This document shows, one piece after another, positions 11,979 through 25,400 of a stretch of DNA of 64,000 nt. Under the pieces are notes generated by a model that saw only the letters and a program-made list of their open reading frames with translations, did no database searches and had not been told where the DNA came from. The translations under genes were made by a program, and so were the position numbers. Location: NCBI GenBank assembly GCA_036172245.1, contig JAYWIR010000041.1, positions 124,001 through 188,000 on the forward strand, in the 5' to 3' direction. The stretch comes from Raillietiella orientalis (lineage: Eukaryota). Every line of letters starts with the position of its first letter. Position 1 is the stretch's first letter.

Positions 11979-14900
11979 CTTGAAGATGAAAGCATTTTCA
12001 AAGAAAGTGGCCAAGCCAATTGATCGGCGAGCAATTATTTACAATTCATTCCCTTATTTTTCAAAAACCATTCCTTTCCCTCCCTCCTTTCAACTCTGTT
12101 TTAGGGGATTAGGGACTCGAGCGGTGGACGCGTTGAATAATTCGAAACTTGGCAACGTAAGAGCCAAAAGCTTTCCTCACAGAGATCGAGCGATAGGATG
12201 AGCTGCCATTCTCCACTGAAATGCAATTTTTCTTTTCCACTTTCTTGAGAGCGCTGGATTCGAGTCGTAGATGACGGATAGGTACTTTAATGCTGGCAAC
12301 TTTTTTTTTTTGCCAGGATGATTTTTGCTCTACTGTCAGTCAGAGATGGTGGGAGAGAGTTCTTGATGAACGGACGAACCAATTTTGAAGCATTTCTCGA
12401 TGATTCCACAAAAGTCAAAGCCGACTCCCTTTGAGAGCGATCAAATCAAAATTATTCCTTATCTCGACTGCTAGCAATTAACGTTCAGCAATCCTTTCTC
12501 TAGAGCATTCTTCTAATTATACTAATCCAGTTACGTTCGCGATAAACAAATAATCGTACTGCCATTAGTCCCTTCCTGAGCAAATGGGGAAGCATAATTG
12601 AGATTGAAGTTTTGAAAAGAGCGTGACCGTGAACGGCCGATTCTCGAAAAATATTATTCCCTCAAGAGCAGACGTGGAACAGGTTCTTCCAAGGCGCAGG
12701 TATAGGAAAGATGGTTCGCCGTCATTGTGCTTCCGTTTCGAACGATGGACGGAATGCGCATCGGGGGCAAAATCGAAGCAGCAGCAAACATCTGTCTGGA
12801 GTACGGGCAACCTACGTGGAGCGATGGGTTCTACCCTACGATGTACGTTGAAAAATATTCAGCGTACGAGGAAATTTTACTTTAACAGGAAGCCATCGGG
12901 AAGGGAACCCGGAGAAACCACTCGAAGCGCGCCGCCGTAGCTATTCGCGAAGGGCACCGAAGGCGAGATGCTGCTGCCATGGAGTCGGAACCTCCAGGTA
13001 TCAACGAGGAATGACAGGGATAGTGCATCATCAAGCAGAGCGGTTGCTTCAGAGGAGCACTTCTCTTTCCTTTTTTGTCTATTCATTGCCCAGAAAAACA
13101 TCTGATGCATGCAGATGGAAATTATTGAAGTGTATCTCCTGCACTTCCATCGACTTGCCCGGAATCTTCATCGTGATGAAAATCGATGCTGAAAAACTTC
13201 TGCACGGCAGCAGCACTGGGCGCGACGACGAATCCTCACGCGAAATTACATTTCCTCATAGAAAGATTCTTGTGAAATAAAACAGAAGAGAAATTCTGCT
13301 GCTGGTGATGTAGTAATTTACGACGACTGGCACGGATGCTTAATATGCAGATCTTGTTTTTCCTGATCACCGAACACATCTCTTTGAAAAGATAGGAACC
13401 GCTTTGGGAAAAGAAAAAAGAATCCAAGGAGAACTCAGTGCGATCATTAGGAAAGCGTCATTAACCGATGCTTGTATTTTGGAATGGGAAAAAATCGAAA
13501 AGAAAAAAAAATTATGAAAGTAATGGGAAAAAAAAAAATAAAAGGCAAAGAAGGAGGCGAAAATGCCAAAGATCACCATCAGCGAGCTGAGGGCCGAAGC
13601 ATTTGAAGAGACTAAATTAATTTGTCTGGAGGGATAGCTGATTAAGAGAGTTTAATTGATTCTGTCAGCTGGGCGAGAGCAGAGTGCTTAAAAAATCTGG
13701 TAATTTCCTTTCTGCGAGGCTTCCCTGGACCAGCACGCGTGCGTGCGGAGAGATTGAGAAAACCTTCAGAAGAAGTGTCATCCTGGGGAACCCTGCGATG
13801 TGTCTCAGGACAGCACGGATGCTTTATTTGTCGCGCGCTGCGGAGGCGGAAGATCAAAACCCCGGGATGTCATGCGACAAATTCAATTCACTTCGAGTTC
13901 TTTGGAAAGGCGACGGGATCTGGTCTTCGAACCCAGACCCAGGTTCAGGTCATCCCGTCCATCCTCTGGATGAGACGCTGGGCATCCCGATCACATGACG
14001 ATAAAGCCTTCGTCTCACTGTTCATCGCTTCGGTTTCTGACTTTGAAACGCATGGCGTAGCGAAGGGCAAACTCAATTTGTCAAGCAGGAGGACCACGGA
14101 AAAGATGAGACCTGCGGAAGCAGCAGTAGCCTCGTTTATCTAGCAGTGATTCCTTTAGTATGCATAGCATGAACGGAGTGCCTAATTCCAGCTCAAGATC
14201 TTCTCAAACCCCCTTATTGGGAAGTGCCCCGGTCTTGTAGAACAAATGAAGGACTGCTGTCAATCATATTTCTTCTGATTGCCTAAGCTACTTCCAATCT
14301 GGATCCAACCCATTCCACTGCCGTGAGGCAATGTCAATTTCCCTCCCAATGATCGAGCATCATCATCCCGCAAGAGCGCGCGCCTGCTTCACTTAGCATT
14401 CTTGCAGCGCATGCCCAGAGCTGCTGTCAAGAGCTCCCCGGCCTCATTGACTACGTATCCTCCTCCCGCTTGTTTTCATCATATGCTCCACAAGATCCAC
14501 TCTCAGCGTGGGCGTCTGCTCGCCATGCAACTCCCGGGGTATCCCCTCCATCCCGCGGACCTGCTGAGGAGCACGCCGCACCTCCCGCTTCCAGTCCCTC
14601 CGCGGTTTTCCTGCCGGAGCCTCTTTGACTGCCTCCGCTCCTACCGGCATTCGGGCGAACTGATCTGCTTCTTCTCCATTTCCAATGGACCGAGACACCC
14701 GTGCTGGAGGCTGGACGATTTGGGAACAAGTCATCGTCATTCCGGGTCTCGATCGGTCTTCTCCGGAGACAATCCCGGAAGTTGCTAAATTTCCTTTCCC
14801 CGGGAACCGATTTCCGGCCTGACACGTGCTTCCCGGCTTCGCAAGAGCTCCTCTCCTCCCATCCCAAATATTTTTCGAAGCAGACGTTCTCGGTCCTGTG

Positions 14901-16214
14901 TTTCTTCTTTCTCTTCCCTTCCCCCCCCCCCTTTTCCCTTACCCGGGAAACTTCGGGCTGCCGCTTTCCTTCTAGCCGATTCCTCCCTGTCGCTTTCCGT
15001 TTGCCCTCAGCGATGCGTCTTTCCCAAAATTCCATCAACGCTTTATCCCCGATGATATGCCTCCCGTCTATGGTGGGTTTAGTTGGAAAGCATCCTGCCA
15101 ATCACATTCCTCCTTCAAGAGATGTCCCTCCTGGGTGTTTGCTCAGCTTCGGAGGCGCGCCTGGCTTCCTGGCGCTAGGGCAGTCAGGGTCTTTAGTGCC
15201 CGTTGAATGACCGTGTTCCTGGATTTCCGGCAGAGGCACTTTCCAGGAATGCAAGTGTGAACTGGCATCCTGCGACCTCCTCGCTCATTTCCTGCTCCAC
15301 ATGGCTGCTGGCTGCCCATCCTCTCCCTGCCCTGCTGTCTCTCGCCCTGGCTGCTGCTCTCCTTCCAGGCATCCCTCTTCCCTTGTAGGGAGCGATTCGG
15401 CGCGCTTTTTCGAGCTCCTTGTGAGATCCATGCATCCCGGTTATCCATCCCGATAGCAAAAATTCTTTCGGGTTCTGTTTCTCTGTTTCCCTTCCAGCAT
15501 TTTTTCCCCAGGTTTTCCTTTTTTGGTTCTCCCGGTTTTCAAGAACCGTTCGCCTAGGAGCACACGAAGCTTTTTGACACCGTTCACGCGATTCGCAAGT
15601 GAGTGTAACTCTTCAAGTTAGGGGAGAAAAGGGGAGGGGCAACCCCGAAGGGGCCACCTTATGAATCCAGGAAGGGCTCCAGAGAAAGGAGTTCTTACCT
15701 CTTACGCTTCGGAGGGATCCCCAGAGGGGACCACCTCTTCCTTATTCTCTGCGAAAGGGCCCCCCAGAGAGGGCCGCCCCAGTGTTTCTTCTCCAGACGG
15801 AACCCGCAAAGGAACTGCTCCTTGTTTCCACCTCCGAAGAGAACGTCGATGGGACGCTTCCCAAGCTCTTTGAAGGTCGCTTCCCTGAAGGGAGCGGCTC
15901 GCGCTTCTTACACTCTGGAGGGCAACCCCCCGAAAGGGGTATCAACTGGCTCGATGGAGGATCTCCACTCGAGGGGAAAAACGGCTCCATTTTCATAGTC
16001 GGAGGCGAACTCCGAAGGGGACCGCCTCCTGATTCCTGGAAGGACCCCGGAATTTCCAAGAAAAGAACTCCTTGATTCCAATCCTGGCCAGTTAAAGGGG
16101 ACGTCCGGTTTCCATATTCCCGTCTGTGCCGCCCCCGAAGTCTACAGGCAACGAGCGCCATCTTGAGGGGGTGAGCCGAGATCCACGACACACCCCCTGT
16201 TCTCGGCACCCATC

Positions 16215-16294
16215 CTCCACGTGGGGATTCGAACCCGCAACTCTAGGTGCCAGGCACGGAGGCCACAGCCGCATTGCCGCTGACGCAGATAGCC
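16215..16294 (-). mobile_element. tRNA-derived SINE head or tRNA pseudogene (Pol III A/B boxes)
   Basis: Perfect B box GGTTCGAATCC (16235-16225) with an A-box-like TGCGTCAGCGG (16287-16277) at tRNA-like spacing. The acceptor stem does not pair, so this is not a functional tRNA. Confidence 0.45.
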
Positions 16295-17406
16295 AACCCG
16301 GAGGGACGGCGAGTGCCAAAGTCGCGTTGGCCAGCGCGTGATGAAAAATGGAAATGCAGCATTCCGACCGAGGCCCACAGACTCCGAGGATCGAACAGAT
16401 CCAGCAGGATGGTTGGGAGTGGGCGTCCTCGAAACCTCTTGCCGGGTCTCACCGGCATTCTGTCTCATCGGCAGTCGGCAGTCTTGCCCTCGAGGGCAGC
16501 AGGCGAGAAGGCGGAACGGTGCCGCGCTTGCTGGAAGTTCAAGGGAACTTCGGAGAGGGAAACTCCGCTCCGCTCTTCCTGTGTTGCGTGTTTCTTAGGT
16601 GCCTTCCCTTCTCCGAAAGCGGTCTGTTCTTGACTCCACCTTCCTTCTCGCTCAGAAGAGCCCACTCACGCGCGGTGGAGGTCGCCGCAGCCGTTTCTCT
16701 CTCAGTATCCAAGTATCCTCATCAGATACCGCGATTCGAGCCATAAAGAACAGTTTCCGCTGCAGAGAATCGGTTGACTGGAGCTCGAGGGGTGGCTCAG
16801 TTGCTAAGCAGCGCGAGTTCAGCCTTGCATCCTTTCTTCCGGGCATCGGCATCCTCAACACCCGTTCCTTTCCGGTTCATCGGGAGGGCAGCTGTTGAGA
16901 ATGCCTCTTCCGTGCCGGAGAGCACAAGCGGGAGTTTTCTCTCTCCAATGTCCTACCCTCGCCTCAGGAACTTAGTCCAGAACATGGGATGCGAACACAC
17001 GCTTCAGCTTCACGTACCTCCCTCCCGGGGGAGGGCGTCCCGCGGTCTTTGTCCGCGGCAGAGATCTCCCGCGGGAGGTGCAGACTGCGGTCCATCGAGC
17101 CGTCCTCCGATGCGCGCGCCGCGCATGCACAGGAGAACGAATCGCGCGAACCTTCCTTGCGCGGCCAGGAAACCAAGGGTCATCCTGCCGCCGATGTTTG
17201 ACCGGGAAGCAGTGTGGAAACCTAGAGGAGAATGCTGGAAGAAGAGAAGGGAGAGGTCCCTCGCACTTCAGGAACCTCCGCCAGGGTGTGAGGGTATCGG
17301 CGTATATCGGCATAGCGCGGAGTGCTCCGGAAAGACCCTGACCACCGCGGAAAGGGATGGAGCGATCACCGCGGAGGCAGGGCATCTGTCCCGGACCCGA
17401 ACTTAC

Positions 17407-17551
17407 GTGTAGATGGGCATCCCTGTTCCTCCGTCGACCTTGTACCACAGGACGAGCAGCACGCGGTCGTCCTCGCTCGAAGAGTTCAGGAAGCGGCAGG
17501 GAAGGAGCGCGTCCCGGCCGGCGATGGCGTCTACCCACAGCGTGGCGTCCG
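17407..17551 (-). CDS. Sidestep/nephrin-family IgSF gene, exon encoding the first half of the V-set Ig1 domain
   Basis: Translation DATLWVDAIAGRDALLPCRFLNSSSEDDRVLLVLWYKVDGGTGMPIYT (LPC...DxVxLVLWYK...PIY). Acceptor ttccag with a ctcaac branch-like site, donor GTAAGT, 145 nt, phase 1-2, joining in frame to 11978. Not present in the ORF track. Confidence 0.9.
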
Positions 17552-18739
17552 CTGGAACATCACCCGTTGAGCATCATCTTGGTGCACGTCCTGTACCATT
17601 CCTCCTCCTCCCCCCTCTTCTCTCGCTTTCCCTTCTCGTGCTGGAGCCGCTCCTGCCTCCCGCAGTTCTGCGGGAAAGGCTCGCTCGCCCCCCGGAGGGA
17701 GTTCCGCCCTTTCTCTCCCTCTCTCGCCCGTGCACGCGCTCGCGGGATTTCCTGCCATTCTATGTGGCACGAGGGAGGTGACAGGTTGACGGATCTCTCG
17801 GGAGCACGAGCCGGAAATCCCTTCGTTGCGCCCGAAGCGGACGGCGGTGATGGTTGGTAGTGGTGGACGAGGTCGCGAGCCTTCCGGCCATCCCATCCCG
17901 ACTCCACCTCGCCTTCTTTTTTTTTCTTTTTTTCTTTCCCTCCACCCCCTTTCCTCACGAGGACGTCCCTGGGATGGAGAGCGCCCCTTTCCAGGCACGC
18001 TTGAGTAGCCGATGCTGCTAAGGAGAGCAGGGAACGAGAGAAGTAGGACCCTCGCCAGAGAGTCCTCCTTGGCGTCAGGACGGATGGCGTCCTCCTTCTC
18101 CACCTCCTGCCACCCTCCGATCCCCTTTCGGAAGGGTTGCGACGAGAGGTTCCGGATGAGCCCCTCGTCGCATGAGCCATCTTTCTGCGCGGCATCGCTC
18201 CACCCTGAGGGCTTTCCCCTGCCTTCTGCTGGAGGGCTGCAGATCGCGAAGAGACCTTGGGGAGGAAGGGGTGGGGAGAAGGACGGCGAGGCAAGGAAGG
18301 GCGAGGTGTCCATCTTTTCCAACGGAGGGATCTCCGCAGGAGGGAAGCGACGCATCTCGCCGCTCCCCCTCCCATGAGCCGGAGGCGCCCCATCTGGGGT
18401 CTATCCCGCTTGAGCACGGACAGGGATCGAGCGGACAGCCTCCCGCTGGCGGCGGCGGGAAGCTCCGTCGCCTTCCCGCATCGTCTCCCGTCCTAAATGG
18501 AAAGGATCCTCTCTTTCCTCGGCGTTTAAGTATCGTTGCCAGGGCTGCTGCTTTCCTCGGCAGCTGTGAGACCTGACGGGAACCTGGCGGATGCTCCGTG
18601 GTTGCGTAACTGGCAGAAAGAACGGGACCGGGAAAAGCGAACCATGATGGAGACATCTGGACACCGTCGTTCGCAGGGGGTCTTCTGAGAAGAGGCGCCT
18701 CAAAGAGGAGTGACCGATGCTGCCTGCTCCTTCGCATCT

Positions 18740-18850
18740 CTGTAACACCTCCCCCTCCTTTCCCTTTAAACCGCGGGCTCCCAAGGGATGAACGGCGCCG
18801 CACAGCCTGACGTAAAAATGGCCGGCGGCGCTCTCATGCGGAGAGACCGG
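18740..18850. promoter_or_regulatory. Possible promoter element cluster within a CpG-rich region
   Basis: Adjacent CRE-like TGACGTAA and YY1/Pho-like AAAATGGC motifs plus a pyrimidine tract, inside a GC/CpG-rich stretch (about 16.2-19.5 kb). Motif evidence only. Confidence 0.25.
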
Positions 18851-21264
18851 TTACTGGTACGGGAGAAGATCTCACGAACTGCCTTGGGGCTCTTGCAGGA
18901 GCCAAGCCTTAGAAACGGTCGGTCGGTTTCCTTCCCTCCGGTCCCGGAGAACCGCAACCGCCGTCCAACCGACCCCGAGGTCGCGAGGACAGGACCCTCG
19001 GGGCCATCGAGACAAATTGCAGCAGCGGCACTGCGGAAGGTGCTTCAGCCCGGTCCGTCCACCCTTCCCTTCTCTTCTCCTTATCCTCATCCACTCCGAT
19101 TCCCGCGGTCCTTCGGCTCGCGATTTGTTCGTGCCTGTCTCTAGGAGGCTGCGCGAGGGAGATTCCGGCGGAGACGTGTGCTCGATCCACAAGCAGCCCT
19201 TACACAGAGAAGATCGATATCTTTCGCAGGGAAGCGCACACTTGAAGCTCCCCTCGTGCCTGCGCCCTGCACTGAGCAGATGCAGGGAGCGGGCATGGAG
19301 GCTGCTGCCGATCAGAGCTGTGCGCGGAGCCATGACAACGGACCTTGAGGAAAGTCCATTTTCCCTCCTTCCCCGGACGAAGCCTCCATCGCGGGAATGT
19401 GTGAAAGGGAAAACGCCGCCACCTGATATCCCGTCGAATTGTGGAGGAAGTCGGAGAGAAAGAGTTTCGGGAAGAGGATCCTGGAGCCTCCCCCTGACAC
19501 AGGAGGCGCCTTGACCGCATGCGGTCAGCCACCCTGGAGTTCCAGCAGTCTCTCGAATTGAAGAGTCTGCGGGACGGGAAACGCGGAGTCAGACTGAGCC
19601 ACCTTCTCGTGCGGTCTTCAGAGGCTAAGGACTACACGAGACACCTGGTCAGAAATCAGGCCCTACACCTCGGGTGGGTGCACCTTCTCTCTCCCCCTAG
19701 ACGCAATCCTACTAGGCATACCGATCTGGGTAACTGCAGGATGTCTGGGGACTCGAAACCTCGTGCGCCTCCTGCACGCGCCGTGGTAGGGAGATGTCTC
19801 CGGTGAGGCTCAAAAGGTGGACCTTGAGGACCGAAGGTGAGGGACAGAGGGGGGCATTGCTCAGGTCGGTGGTGCCATCCGTGATTCCTGGCGCACTGCT
19901 CTCATTCCTTCAGGAATGTGAACAGGAACTGAAACTGAGAGAGCTGGAAGAGCTCTCTCAATGCCGCGAGCACCTCAAACGTGGGAGGGACTATAGGAAG
20001 CGGACGAACGCTGCTGTGTCTTTGATTCCACCCACGCAGCGGGAGCATTTTTCGGGGTAGGAGGGAGGAAGACAGAAGGCGGAGGGCGAAAGAAAACTCG
20101 GGGTGTCTATTCAATGACCAGAAAGATGAGGAGGATCGATGGCAGCTTGGAAAACCAACGCTCTTCTGGAAATGATTTCGGAATGGACAGCACCACCCAG
20201 AGGCTACTCGTTTTTCTTCTTGGACTCTTTTCGCGAGAACCCGAACCGCCAAGCAAAAGGGGAGATCACACACTATCTCGAACAGAATGTCTTATTAAGA
20301 TTCATTCCTGAAGATTGCATACTGTCAGTATCTCGGGGATCAGTTCGGCAGATGCTGGTTCCACTAATCAGCTCAGAATGATAAAATTGTGAGGAAGACG
20401 AATCAAGGAGAGGGAGGAAATACTAGAGGATCAAAAAATAGAAAAAGAAGCGGGGACATAATCAGGGAGATGAAACTCTGGGAAGTCATTGTGCAGCAGA
20501 ACGAAAAGATGACAAATGGACAAGTAAAGCGCCCAAGACAGCTTCTGTCACGGACCACCACTCAGCAAACTGGAATCAGGATCCAAGAGCGTTCCCTCTC
20601 CCTCAGTGGTTCTGCGAATCTGTCCAGTCAGAATTGCCGAAGTCTTTCCTGCGAATATTCTGGAATTTTCGGCGAGTTCGCCTCGAATGGATGCTTTCTC
20701 GATTCAGAAACGCTGGTCAACTCGGAAGATCAGTGGACAGATGAATGGATTCTTCCCTGCCTATTTCCTCCTCCTGGAAAGAGGGAGTGACTTTTATGAC
20801 CCCCATGCAGAATCCTGGATTCATCCTTCTAAAGAAAATCTACTTGTCTATTTGGACAAAGACGCGGGTAGATCTTTTGCGATGAAAACTGCCACCATTC
20901 GTCAGCCAGTGTTCCTCGTTGCAGAGACTTTCTCTACTGAGACTTCAACGGCAGCTCTTCATGTTGAGAGTTACTTCCCGATCTTCTCTAGCTTGTGGCA
21001 GTCGGCGGCTCCGCTGTGACGAAAAACAAATCTGCTAGCTCGTTTCTTGGGAAGCACGTGTCAAGTGTGGCGTCCCGAAACTTAGGAGGTCAACGAATTG
21101 TCATCAAAAAATGCCGGAACGTTGCATATCATTCGCAGTATTATTATTATTATTATACTTTTAATGAATTCTCTTCCAGAATCCTTGCTCTTATTTCTGC
21201 TCGATGAGTTGTTGCGACTTGGCGTAAGGATGAGCTCCTAAATGTGTCTTAAGATGTGCTTCTA

Positions 21265-21470
21265 AATGGTGTGGAAAGATGTTGGAACATCACAAGCAGA
21301 ATGAGGGTAACTATGAAGTATTATGTGTGAATGACTTTGATCAGCGACAACTCAATGATGCGTTGAAGATACTGTGGATTCTATCTTTGCTTTGAAACAG
21401 AAATCATTCAGTTTTTCAAAAAAGTCACACACTAGTGATGGTAGACATTACAAGAGGTCTTTGAAAAATG
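21265..21470 (+). repeat. Diverged direct repeat, copy 1 (paired with about 22200-22415)
   Basis: Colinear shared blocks gatgttggaa, tgatca(g/a)cgacaa, aatgatgc, cattcagttttt, gtct(t/c)tga. Confidence 0.65.
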
Positions 21471-22199
21471 GAACAACGATGAAAAGAGGAAGATTCATAG
21501 GCACCCAGATTAAACCAGACCATGAATTTCAAACTGTGGAAGACAGGATTCATTTGCTGATGTACCTCGAAGCAGCAGTCTCCTCTCTCATGGCAGACTG
21601 CATTCGACAACGACTGAGGGCTTAGCTTACACCTCTCAGCTCTGTGATTATGACTGCCAGCAGCACAAGAAAAAAAACAGTCCGGTTCTGTTCTGCATTC
21701 TCTCCTTACGCAAAAGAGATCTATGAAAAGGTTGTGAGAATGTCGGGAGTTTAATGATTGCCAAAAGTTCCATTCAGGTCAGAAGAACGCAGCAAAAATT
21801 CAACGAAGCAAAAATTCCCAAGAGTTCAAAGACTTTGAGAAGCATCGGAAGAACTAAAACGTCAGCGAGGGTTCAATTTCTGAGAGGTAAGATGCGATGT
21901 TTATTCCTGAACTTCTGCATTAATTACAGAATGCTGCCCTGAGAGCTGTGGCGGCAGCTCACTGCATCCCTTTGTCGGACAAAAAGGTGAAAGTCTTATT
22001 TTCTTTGTTTCTTGCTTTGGAACACATCACGATAAGATAGTATCATCAGAGTACCATTATCCTCCTGATGCCATTAACTGATTTAAATGGGAATTGTTTA
22101 GACATTAAGGGTCTCATTTACAAGAAAGATGAACTGACCTTTCTCTTCATTGATGATTTGACTCCTTATCTAGAAATTCCGTAGAAATACAATAGGCAA

Positions 22200-22415
22200 T
22201 TGTGCAGAATGTGATGTTGGAAGATTACACGAAGAAGTAGGGGGGGGGGCAACTAAGAGGTATTGTGTGGGTATGTGATCCTCTGATCAACGACAATGTA
22301 ATGATGCCATGGAGGTACCAACATCTTTTTTATTTGTTTTGAATAGGGACCATTCAGTTTTCCAAAATGCTCAGATAAGTAATGATAAATGTGTAAAGGA
22401 GTCTCTGATGAATAA
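22200..22415 (+). repeat. Diverged direct repeat, copy 2 (paired with about 21265-21470)
   Basis: Same colinear blocks as copy 1, about 0.94 kb downstream. Confidence 0.65.
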
Positions 22416-25400
22416 AGCATTCATTCTGACTTTTGGCTCGAAACACCAGAACTGGACAATTTCCAAAAGACTCTGAAACTACAAAATATGTTCAAAGTCT
22501 TCAAAGTTCTCGTGCAAGGAAACCCGCGAGACCAATCCGCCTAGAAAAATTTTCTTCAAGAAACGTGAGTTCGGACCCTGATTGTCAACATTAAAAAGCC
22601 ATCTAGTTAGACAAAGCTCTAGCAAAAGATGAAAAGAAGGAAATGTAAAAGACAAAGTCGGAAATGTTCAACTCGGCAAATCTGCTGCCACGTTCGTGCT
22701 TATGGGGCAAGAAGGGAGAAATTGTGCGGACAAGTGATCCACAGAAAGGTCACGTGTCTCAAAAATGCGAAATGCACAGGCAAGCTAGTGAGACACTTGC
22801 GAGAATGTAATTCCACATTTAGGTTTTTTTTTTTCTCTATTAATTACTTGTTCCTTTCTTCCATTTATGCGTCTGCTTTCATCCATGTGTTGTGGCCAGC
22901 GAAGGCCAGCGTTCCGTCGTCCCCAAAGAAGAGATATGCATCAGCATGACGGTACAGATTCCTCGGTTCGTGTTCATCCTAAACTGAGCAATGAAACATG
23001 GGACTTGTTTTGATTAAATTACTTTTCCTAATGGCTTTCACTTCATTTTGTTTCTTTAGAAAAGGATGGCTTTCGGATCTAAAAGGATTTAGCTAGATCG
23101 TCCTCGTTTCCCCGTGTATCCAAGGAAGGTTGCTTTTCAAATACTGTCAGTTTTGGAGAAAAGCATCTGCCATCAACGTGTCAATAGGTAATCGAAACGA
23201 GAGAATCCAGTATAAATAATCCTACTTTATATTCCGAACAGACGCTCTTCTTACGAAAATCGGAGTGTTGCCAGTCAGTGCATAACAGAAGGATTATGGT
23301 CGCTGCGAATCGAAAGGATGAAGCGACTTGCAGTTCCAACAAGAAATCAGAGTTCACCCAACTCAGCTTCTCGTCAATAAATTTCATGGAACCGTCTGAG
23401 ATTTATTGTCTTCAGAGGAGGGTGGGGGGAGAGGAAAAAAAAATGAATTTTCGAATATTTAGAATTCCGAAACGCCGGGAGACGCTGACTTGATGTTTCT
23501 GGTAGGAGCACAATGGCATCGCTGACACACTTTCAGACACGCCGTACCCGGATGACAGATTTTTTCATCATCATTGTGATTATTTCATGCCGTCTTATTT
23601 TATCTTTTTTAATCTCAAGATCAGGGATCAGAATCGAGTTTCGAAAATAACAGAAGGTCTCGTGTTGTTCATGAGGGTACTTCCCTCTGTTTTTGCTCAC
23701 CATCAGCATTTGCTCACATGAAGAACAGCAGCATTTTTTCGACGAAGTTTTTTGTTTAGATGGGCAGTGAGTTCTGCTTCGTCTGTGCTGCGAACAAGCA
23801 GTTCAGCAAAGGCAGAGATCCTGAGAGATACAGAGCTTCGGCTTGTCTGAAAACTCTTCCCCGAGAAAGAAAATCCGCAGTATCGAAAAAGCGAGCTTCG
23901 CTCCAAAACTTCGGATGCAGAATTCCCGACTTCTTCCTTGCTCGTTCCCATGGTAAATTCGATTCTGGTACAGAGCTGGGGTGGAACTCTCAAAATCATT
24001 ACATGTAGCTGAAACCTTCTTCATGTTTAGAAGAACAACTTCATGTTGCTTGAATAGCACATCCACACACCTTTTTACGGCTAGTTGCGGTTCATCTTCG
24101 CATTACAGTTTGATTAAAGGAGTTAATACAAACACGATCGCGTCACCCTTTCTTCCTCATTCCATATTCCCGCCTTAATGCTGTAGTTTCCAAATTTTAT
24201 CCCTCGCTTGAGTCCACATTACTTGCTTCTCACGAAGGTGCCTCGAAAGCATTTGTCTACATAATAGGCCCCGTACCTCCAAAGATAAAAAACACCAGTC
24301 GCAGGTTGGATTTTTACATGAATTCAATTTGAGACGCACGTGTGAACTATGTGCTGCCGGCATCACTGTGAGATGCTCGGATGCCTCCAGGAACGAAATG
24401 CTCGACGAATCGATGAGGCATTTAGCAAAAATTTCCTCAAAGGAACGGGAAAGAAACACAGCACTGGGTTTGCGAAGACAGCTCTCTTTGCTTAACGAAT
24501 CACGTGCTGAAGAGTCGTCGGAACTTTTTATGCCTAAGATAATCGTTGTCTAATGATATCACTGATACCTGGTAATTCGCATGCCCGATAATTGGTGGGT
24601 AACCAAATCGAATGCCTGATGTGTTCTTCAAGCATCCACGCGTGTCGTGGAATGCATCTCAAAGAAAGATTCTCGGAGCATCACGAAGGCAGCATGCGGC
24701 TGGGTAACGTTGCAAGCCGCAGTAGAGAATTTTAGTGATTTCGCAATCCTATTGCTGCATCAATTAATTCAAAGCGGAAATGATGTGTTTTCGACAACTT
24801 GGCATGCTTCTCATACTCTCCCGATCTGTCAACCACGAGGTTTTCCTTTCTCACGATTATTCATTTACTGGGAATAAATGGTGGGTGCTCCCGAATTATT
24901 CAGTTATCAGTGGCCGAAATCCACTGACAAATGAATGCTTTTCTTCGTTGGTTCCGGTTTCCAGCCATTTAGCGGATCCCAACCTTGGTATAATCATCTT
25001 GAAAGATGGTATGACTAAGCGCAGAGCGAATTTTGACTTTTGAGCCCTCATTGATCTTACCTAGAGAGATAAAGAGCTACAATGACTCAAATGATCTGAA
25101 AATGTATTTTAAAAGTTTGGAAGCCTTTCAAAATGATAACCCAAAGAACACGACTTAAAAAGTTTTAATTAGAGGATGCAGTGGAGCACAGTCACGCGTA
25201 GGAGCCTATTCAAAAAAACTTGTAAGCTGCTTACTAAGAGAGAATGGAGCAACATACGCTTTTTGCTCTCACGACATCAGAGAAGCAATCATCTGCTGAT
25301 AACACCATGATGAAAGAGCGAGCGTGATAAAGCACGGAAGTATGGCGCTATGTCTGTTAAGTATTGGAAGTTCCATGCTTATTCATTGATTTTCGTCTAC

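Noticed and set aside
14444..14740. Ig-like phrase MTMTCSQIVQPPARVSRSIGNGEE (- strand)
   Set aside because: It lacks the core Trp and second Cys, and has no convincing splice sites.
21224..21301. C2H2 zinc-finger-like CL*CSNIFPHHLEAHLKTHLGAHPY (- strand)
   Set aside because: Internal stop, wrong F-to-L spacing, single finger, and not preserved in the duplicated copy.
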